A stretch of 64,000 nt of DNA, taken from the NCBI GenBank assembly GCA_012295275.1, contig CM022665.1, positions 17,732,001 through 17,796,000 on the forward strand, given 5' to 3'. Of this stretch, positions 55,482 to 64,000 are shown piece by piece; within the stretch, counting starts at the first letter, position 1; every line of letters begins with the position of its first letter. The notes below the pieces were generated by a model, which made no database searches, was not told where the DNA came from, and was given only the letters and a program-made list of their open reading frames with translations. The translations under genes and the position numbers were made by a program. The DNA comes from Chrysomallon squamiferum (taxonomy: Eukaryota; Animalia; Mollusca).

Positions 55482-55919
55482 CTGAAAAAAAAAAACATTA
55501 AAAAAAATTATAATAATAAAAAAGTAAATGATGATGATGATGATAATAATAATAATAACATTAAAATGCTTTATATTAAATTAAACATGAATCACAATTT
55601 AATTCATATAAATATATTTCTATGTTTGTATTATTATTATTATTATTTTTATTCTCACTTTTTTTTTATTAATATTCTTTTTTATCATTTTCATCATAAT
55701 TATCATCATCATCTTACTGTTCTGATCATTATTATCATCATTATATTATCATTCTCATCATATAATTATAATCATTAATTCATTAGCATTATCATTAATT
55801 ATCATCTTATTATCATTAAATTATTAATAGAAATATTAATAAATTATTATTATTATTATTATTAAACTATCATCATCATCATTATTATTATTACTATTAT
55901 TATCATTATTTCAAATTAC

Positions 55920-56058
55920 TTTCATAATATCAGCAGGATTTATATCAACTAGGATCCAAGTAAAAAGTTTTCTCAGCTCCATCTTCACAATTTTATATTT
56001 CAAACTGTTGATCCCGTCTTGATGAAAACGTTTTGGTGCTTCCTTTAGCAATTTAATT
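55920..56058 (-). CDS. bre-4: beta-1,4-GalNAc-transferase exon (IKLLKEAPKRFHQDGINSLKYKIVKMELRKLFTWILVDINPADIMK)
   Basis: Acceptor ttgcag; DGxNSLxY...LxTxIxVDI is the GT7 C-terminal motif. Confidence 0.92.
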
Positions 56059-56560
56059 CTGCAAGTTAAAACAAGGAACAGTATTTCTCTTTGCTAATGA
56101 TCAAAAAGGTTTGTATTTTGCTATGTAGTACACCTTAAAAATATTTCCATTAATTCATAAAACTTTTTCATGCAATAGGTAGTGTAAAAAATAAAATAAA
56201 ATAAAAATAAAATATAATGAAATAAAAACGTACAATAAATAATAATCTTTTCTACATAGTCCATAAAAATTGCTTACACTGATTTCAAAGGGGAATAACT
56301 TTAACATAAAATATATCTCTGATTTGTCCAAGGTAGATAATTCAACATAAATTATCTGAAAACAATCATCATTATTTTTTAAAAGAAATTTAATTTGATT
56401 TAAATTAAAAAGTAACTATGAAAGCATAGCCACTTATTTACTTTACTTTTTTAAAATTTAATTTAATTTAATTTAATTATATTTTATTTTATTTAATTTT
56501 TTTATTATTTTTAAATATTCACATAAAATGTCATAAATTTAAATTTTTAAAAACCTTTAC

Positions 56561-56656
56561 CTCTTTGGATTTGGAATATTCTTGGCATGAGCTAGCATCT
56601 TGTATCTTGCTATGTCAGATGAGTAGCGAACAACAGAAAAATTGTGACTCTGAATT
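56561..56656 (-). CDS. bre-4: beta-1,4-GalNAc-transferase exon (IQSHNFSVVRYSSDIARYKMLAHAKNIPNPKR)
   Basis: ARYKMxxH metal-binding motif and PNPxR; 96 nt, phase 2-2; donor GTAAAG; atypical purine-rich acceptor. Confidence 0.9.
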
Positions 56657-57283
56657 CTTCATGTTCATTTCAGAGAATAAAAACAATAATAATAATAATA
56701 ATAGTAGCAGTAGTAGTAGAAACAAGTTAATGATGATTATGTTGATAATAATAGCAATAATAATAAAATATTGATGATATTATAATAATGAATAATGATG
56801 ATAATTACAATAATGATTAATGATGATAATTACAATAATGAATAATGATGATGATAATGTTGGTAATAATAATTATTATAAATTAATAACAACAGTAATA
56901 GATTAAAAATGATATTATTATTAATAATAATTATAGCTAGAATAAGATAAAATTTATACACTGTAATTTATATCAAACTGAATTGATTTTTCTTGTATGT
57001 AAATTTTATATATGTCATGCATATTAATACATAATCTGAAATGACATTAATTAATTTTATAGTAAAGGCAAGTATCTCTAATTTATACTAATTCTCCAAT
57101 ATAGAGATTATAAACAAAGTATTATCAAACCTTAGCATTTTCATCTATAAAGAAATAAAATAAAAAAAAGAGAAAAAAAAAAAAAAAAGAGAGAGATATT
57201 CTAAATTGTAAAAAGTAAAGTTTTAAAGACACATAACTCTAGAACCAAATAATTCTCTAATATGAAAGTTACAAAGTTTTCAC

Positions 57284-57406
57284 CTTCTAAACATATCATC
57301 ATCCTCACCACCCCAGCCAAAGTATTTATTAGAAAAACCATTTATTTTAGTGAAGTGGTCTCTAGTCAATGCACTAACCCCTCCAAATATTGTGGAATAT
57401 GGTAAC
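57284..57406 (-). CDS. bre-4: beta-1,4-GalNAc-transferase catalytic exon ([40 protein letters not shown])
   Basis: FGGVSAL, INGFSN and GWGGEDDD are GT7 signatures; canonical splice sites. Confidence 0.96.
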
Positions 57407-58012
57407 CTAGAAATAAATAAATAATGTTTGAATTAGAGTAAAAATGTAATATTTAACATGAAAATAGATAATACTTATATAGATTAATAAATAAATTTCA
57501 ACAACAATAATAATAAATTAATGAATTTATTTGTTCATTAAAAACCAACAACTAAAAATACAGTGAAAAAATTAATAAATAGTTAAATAAGTACATATAT
57601 TTAACAACAACAGAAGAATAATATTTAATAAAATTTTAAGAATTAAAAAGTAAAGTAGTTAAGTAAATAAAGTTCAGATTTAATACAAAAATAATAATAA
57701 TGTAAACTGTAAAAAAAAATTATAAATAAATATATAAATATATATATGACAAATTCAATACAAAACATATATAGGTAATTAATAAATTTTAAATAAATTT
57801 TAAATATTGATAAATGAAATGAAATAAAGTATATGAAATAAAATAAAATAAAATAAAATAAAATAAAATAAAATAAAATAAAATAAAATTAAATTAAATT
57901 AAATTAAAATTAGATGAAATATAATAAAAATAAAATTAAAAGAAAGAAAAAATAAAATAAAACGTAAAAATAAAAATAAAACTGAAAGAATAATAAATTA
58001 ACTTATCTGTAA

Positions 58013-58056
<44 letters not shown>

Positions 58057-58061
58057 CTTAC

Positions 58062-58249
58062 CTGTAATTATATTTGTCAATGGCAACAGACAGGTGTTGT
58101 GGGTCTGTGTTACAGATGTACAGGTTTCTGTCGTTTTCAGGAATGAGGTCAACATCATGGAAAATGAAACAGGAAAAGTTGTGATGTTTTACAGACTCAA
58201 CAAAACCAATGTTAAACAGCATTGCTCTGTTAAAAGGAACTTCAGGAAC
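58062..58249 (-). CDS. bre-4: beta-1,4-GalNAc-transferase exon with DxD motif (PFNRAMLFNIGF...CFIFHDVDLIPENDRNLY...HLSVAIDKYNY)
   Basis: FNRAxLxNxGF and FHDVDLxP GT7 motifs; 188 nt, phase 0-2. Confidence 0.96.
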
Positions 58250-58722
58250 CTAAAAAAGAAAAAAAATGTTTGGGGTGGTTTAAATATGAATATTTTTTCA
58301 GTTTCAGAACAGTCAATAATTTCATTTTACATGTATAAACTTTAATATGTTGTTGTTACTGTAGTTATTATTATTCTTATGATTATTATAGCTACTGTTA
58401 TTGTTTCTGTTATTGTTACTATTATTGTTGTTGCTGTAGTCACTTTTATTATCAGTTATTGTTCTTATAATTATTATTATTATTATAGTTATTATTATTA
58501 ATATTATTATTACTATTATTATAATTAAAATTATTAATATTTTTGTTATGATTATTATCAATATTAATTTGTTATTATTAGGTTATGGCTTATACTGGAC
58601 TATTTATGCAATTTATTTATATTACTTAAAAATAATTAGTTAGCAATGAGGAATTTTGAACCAATAATCCTGGGCACCTCTAATTTTTGTGGCTTATTCT
58701 AAACAAATACATGGATACTGAC

Positions 58723-58955
58723 CAATTCTATGACATAAATCCCATAATTCAATTGCTGTTTCTGCAAAAATGGATGAATGTTTCTTAGAAAAATCTTCAG
58801 ATGTGATCTTCTGTCTCGATATGCAACTACAACAGCAATGTGATGTTGTGATTCACAGGTAGATGGTGACCAATGTCCCCCAGGTTGCAGGTTTTGATTC
58901 ATATATTCTAACTGTTGAAAACTCAGAGCTTTCTTGTGTACCTTGATAGGGCCTT
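58723..58955 (-). CDS. bre-4: beta-1,4-GalNAc-transferase exon (GPIKV...PGGHWSPSTCESQHHIAVVVAYRDRRSHLKIFLRNIHPFLQKQQLNYGIYVIEL)
   Basis: GGxxxPxxC, YRDRxxHL and HPFLQxQQLxYxIYVIE GT7 motifs; phase 1-0. Confidence 0.96.
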
Positions 58956-59510
58956 CTGAAGAAACAACAAAACTCAAAGGAATAAGATTTTACTTAACTG
59001 CATGAAGTATTGAAAGAAGAAAATTTCATTTTTGAAAGAATATCCAAATGAATATATATACCTTGATAGGGCCTTTTGATGAAAGGCAAATCACAAGGCA
59101 ATATGCATTTACTCAAATTGATAAAGTGTTGAAAAAAGAAATGATTAAAAGAATATGTTAATGAATATTTGTTGTCCAAACACTAAATTGTTCTAATCCT
59201 TGATAAAGGAAGAAACTAATGTCGAAAACAGAAGTTAAGTTTACTAATCTAGAATGGAAAACAGATGTCAAGTTTATTTTTTATCACTTTATTTTTATAA
59301 TGATTTTTAATTTTATAATCACACACAGACATACCCACAAAAACATACACAGATATATAGACATACAAACACACACAGACACACAATAGTAATACTTGGC
59401 TTCATAAAGTAACTACTATAAAGAAAGAAAATATACAGTTAATAGCATGCTGTTATAACTGGAAAATAATTCAAGGCTGATCAAATGAAATCTGTGAAAA
59501 ATGTTTTTAC

Positions 59511-59769
59511 CTAAATGTGGTGGTATTGAAGGACAAGGTGGTTTAAGGTTCACATTTAGAGTTGTCTCCCTTCCATTATGGTGGTGCCCTAATGTTGGCC
59601 TTGACCAGTGCTGTGGTAAAACAGCCTGGATTATGACAGAAATACCAGCAGCAATGTTGTAGTGAATGATGAAGTTGAAAACAAATTCGAGAAGAACAAG
59701 TAGGGTTAACAGGAGACAACAAAACTTGAAATACTGGCCTGGTTTCAGGATAACAACAGTGGTTGCCAT
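59511..59769 (-). CDS. bre-4: beta-1,4-GalNAc-transferase first coding exon: cytosolic tail, type II TM helix, stem (CPSIPPHL)
   Basis: ATG in ccATGG context, hydrophobic FCCLLLTLLVLLEFVFNFII, conserved CPxxPPxL, donor GTAAAA. The exon probably starts at the acceptor at 59950. Confidence 0.92.
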
Positions 59770-60058
59770 GGTGATATACTAATATGGTATTACAAATTGA
59801 TGACGATGATTTGTCTTCAGTGAAATGAAGTCTTCATCTTAATGATGAGGTAGAATCAACTAGGTTTATCATTGAGGATGATGTTGAAAAATAAACATTA
59901 TTTGATCACCAGAATGCTTTGTTCATCTTCAAAGAAACAGATTTTCCTTCCTAGGAAGTAAAAATTAAAAATTAAAATATATTACACTGCAGAAATCAGT
60001 CTTCACTGGATTTAGAATTTTTATGTGTCTATGTTTCTTTGTGTGTATATGCCTGCAT

Positions 60059-60090
<32 letters not shown>

Positions 60091-60791
60091 TACACATATA
60101 TGCAGATAGACAGAATGATATACAGATATATCTTTTATATATGTCTTACTACATTGTATTTGAGACAGCTGTATTTCTATTTATATTTATATATTAATGT
60201 ACGGATATCTATTTATGTGCATAAATTCTGTGTCTATTCTGTCTGTATATTATATATATATCACTGTATGTGTTTAAAGTGTACAGTGTATAGTATGTGT
60301 GTTGGTATGTGATGTTTGTGTGTGTATGTGGCACAGAATATAATTTAACTGATGGTTATTCACAAAAAACTGAATCATTAATTTTGATGGTAATTCATAC
60401 AACAATAACAAAATGTACAAATAATCATTATTAGGCCTACATTTTTGTTTTCATGCTATTTTTAAATATATTTTTATTATTTCTTTTTTCATTATAAAAG
60501 ATATTATTAAAAATTACATTTTTATTTTCTGTTGAAATACATACAAACACTTTTAATAAAAATTAGAACGAGACGGAAGCAAGTCTAGCGCCGGTTCCAT
60601 CCGTTTTTCCTTTTCTTCTCAAAATTTTAACATTTCTACCTAGCTTTATAATCGCAGATTCTAAACTTCGCAGCCCTGTATAAAATATTAAACTATATTT
60701 ACATAAAGAGAAAAAAAAAAAAAAATAATAATAATAATAATAATAAAATAATAATAATAATAACATATTTAAAGCTGAAATCTCTACTTAC

Positions 60792-61025
60792 TTTCTCATG
60801 CTCGACAGTAACGTTCCTCGGCAAACTTTCATGAGTTTACCGATGCCACGTGAGGTCAAAGGACGAATCCAGAACGAGGTTAGAGCTTCTCAGAGCTAGG
60901 TGCCGACAAATCCATTTGTAAAAGCTCGGGTTAAGATTCAAAGGAAAACGTTTGTCGTTGGAGATCGGGAGGAGTCATACGATCGATCCGCCTCGGAGCA
61001 TCATTTGGGCTATTTCCCGTTCAAG
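60792..61025 (-). promoter_or_regulatory. CpG-rich promoter / probable non-coding first exon of the GalNAc-transferase gene
   Basis: Local CpG enrichment over 60570-61025; minus-strand donor AAA|GTAAGT at 60791. Confidence 0.55.
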
Positions 61026-61272
61026 GCATTGTATTAATTTGTGAAAATGTTTTACTGAAAATGTATATACTCCCCCCCAAAAACAACATTCTTTGCTGTT
61101 CATAAAAAGAAAATGGGGGGGGAATAAAATAAAATTAAAGATTTACTTAATATTAAAACACGTTAGGCACATAAGATAACCAAATTTTCACCGATTTATT
61201 CATTGGTAAATCTTTGTTGAGAAGTATAAGGATACTTCGATAAAATTGTTACACACTGCTGGAGAAAAAAAT

Positions 61273-62101
<829 letters not shown>

Positions 62102-62556
62102 TCGTTCAGTATTATACAAGTAGTATGTCAATTTTATGTGGGTTTATTTAATGTCACACTTCATTACATTGGTTTGTAACTATTAATGAGAGGTTAGAAG
62201 AGTGGTTCTCAAAGGGTGATGTATTACAGTTTTACGTAACATATTTTGTCTTTGTAATAATAAGTGTCAGTAAATAAATAAGTAAACATAATAAATAAAT
62301 AAATGAGGTAAAAAATAAATATGTAAACAAATAATTAATTAATGATTAATAATTATGATAATAATAATAATAATGATGATGATGATGATGATGATGATGA
62401 TAATATGTTTAATCGTCAAGCATGGCTATTCAACTAATTCAACAAATACGGCTACGGATTATCCTACAACAATTAAAAACGCCGAAGACAGTACACTACG
62501 ATCGAAACAGCAGTGACCTACTTTCCACTCCTTGCGTGTCTTTACCTGTCAAGCTG

Positions 62557-62564
62557 TGACGTCA
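62557..62564. promoter_or_regulatory. Perfect CRE palindrome TGACGTCA
   Basis: Ends 15 nt upstream of the ATG at 62580, within a CpG-rich patch. Confidence 0.55.
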
Positions 62565-62579
62565 TGCAGGTAAACCAAG

Positions 62580-62640
62580 ATGGAGGCACCAGTCAGAATC
62601 GCGTTGTTTATACTACATATTTTGTTTGCTACCGTAAAAG
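62580..62640 (+). CDS. First coding exon of an unidentified secreted or membrane protein (MEAPVRIALFILHILFATVK-G); the gene continues beyond the window
   Basis: caagATGG context, 20 codons + 1 nt with a hydrophobic core, donor AAG|GTAAAA; a typical phase-1 signal-peptide exon. Confidence 0.65.
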
Positions 62641-63749
62641 GTAAAACTAATTTACATCAGTGCTTGATACGTTTTAACTGCTGTAATTTCCTATTTACAA
62701 ATAGATACAGTGTGTCATGAATTACTGGACACGAATGCGGAATACATTTGTTACTTTTGTAACACTTTGTTTTGAATCTACGATACATTATTCTGTGTCA
62801 TATGATATTGTCAGTCGTTATTCAACTTAAGTTATTACTTATCTTAAGTTGTGGTATTTCTAATCATATCTAATATATATAGTTATTTAATTTATGAAGG
62901 ACGAAGACGAACACAACTATCTTGCTGTTCCATAATTGATAATAATTTTATCGAGACAGTTTCAGTTTGCTGATAACTCAAGGAAGTAATTATTTGAAGA
63001 TAGCCATTTCAGTGATTGCTGACATGTTTTCCTGTAGATATAGATATTTAAACATAATTAAATATAAAACTTGATTTGGCTGACTGTGCAGATTAATGCT
63101 CCTTTCTGTATAACTAAAACAATACAATATATTATATACTCAGACTCTCAGAGTGAATGCTTTATACAATAAGGTTAAATTTATACATGTTGATTTCCCT
63201 TCATAATCCATTGAACAATTTCCCATTCCAGCTTATTCTTCACATGTAGTCAAAGATATTCATACTTTGGAAAATTATATGAAAAAATATAATTTGCTGC
63301 TAAAAGAAAAACCTTATGATCTTCCTCTAAATCATTTTGTAATTTTATTAAATGTTTATTAGCTGGTGACAGAAAATTAGGTGCAACTTTGGCATGTGAT
63401 CTACAACAAAAAATATATCTTGGATATTTCTTAAGATAAAAGCATGTGTAATAGGCAGGTAAAATAATGGCCTTGGAGATGATGAAGAAAATGTTGCACC
63501 ATTTCATTGTTGTGGTGGAGAAATGAAGGAAGCTTGAAGAAAAGTGAAAAATGGTGAAATCCTACCAACTTCAATTGTGTATACTTTTTAGCCTTTGTTC
63601 CTACAAATTATAAATATATAATAAAAGGAATATTTGTTTCATTTATGCCATGAAAAGCAATAATAAAAAACCAAGAATAAACAAAATAACTGCAGATCAA
63701 ACACCAAATTAATATGCTTATTCTGATGTTGTCATATAAAAATACAGAC

Positions 63750-64000
63750 AGTAAATTGTGTCATTAATTCAAAATTATAATGCATCATTAATTTAAACTG
63801 ATAGTGTGTCTTTAATACAAAATGATATAACACCATTAATTCAAAATGAGGGTGTACATTTAATTCAAATAGTGTGTCATTAATCCAAAGTGGGTCTTTA
63901 ATTCAAAATGCTAGTGCTCCATTAATTCAAATTATAGTGTGTCTGTAATTCAAAATGAAAGTGTATCTTTAATTTGATTTGATAGTGTGTCTTAATTTCT
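63750..64000. repeat. About 28-30 bp minisatellite (attaattcaaaat..atagtgtgtc)
   Basis: Visible periodicity running to the window end. Confidence 0.75.

Larger units (their letters stand above)
50760..56029. repeat. Diverged tandem duplication, unit about 2.4-2.6 kb (50760-53109 vs 53445-56029); a third partial copy at about 40800-42200
   Basis: Colinear shared blocks: GA run + aaatgggtttg (50870/53533), promoter-like block (51280/53880), aaacgttttgttt (51430/54028), ataacacggaaat (52091/54622), GalNAcT exon segment (53040/55960). Confidence 0.85.

Noticed and set aside
59059-59077. Copy of the first bases of the 58955 exon (ccttgatagggcctt) as an alternative exon
   Set aside because: Only about 17 nt match and no suitable AG acceptor precedes it; a small local duplication.

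Overview
AT-rich, microsatellite-dense animal genomic DNA with GT-AG introns. A lophotrochozoan/mollusc origin is my inference. Almost all ORFs in the six-frame track are simple-repeat artefacts. Real content: (1) the 3' half of a Shank/ProSAP gene on + (PDZ exons at 12.4, 23.3 and 27.9 kb, linker exon, 3.3-kb last exon with a Pro-rich region and SAM domain), plus a candidate internal first exon encoding an N-myristoylation motif; (2) an unnamed 5-exon gene at 47.2-50.4 kb (+) encoding a 116-aa secreted precursor made of a signal peptide, a +10 cationic Arg/Pro/Tyr peptide ending G-K-R, and a -10 EF-hand propiece, a candidate new antimicrobial-peptide family; (3) an inverted dead paralogue at 39.7-40.3 kb whose poly-Arg codons appear to have been destroyed by CpG deamination; (4) one near-canonical tRNA-Glu(TTC) and about six decayed copies; (5) a complete GT7 beta-1,4-GalNAc-transferase (bre-4-like) gene on - at 55.4-60.8 kb, with tandem relics downstream; (6) the signal-peptide first exon of a divergently transcribed gene at 62.6 kb. 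All exon structures were read by eye from splice signals and frame continuity; none is transcript-confirmed.
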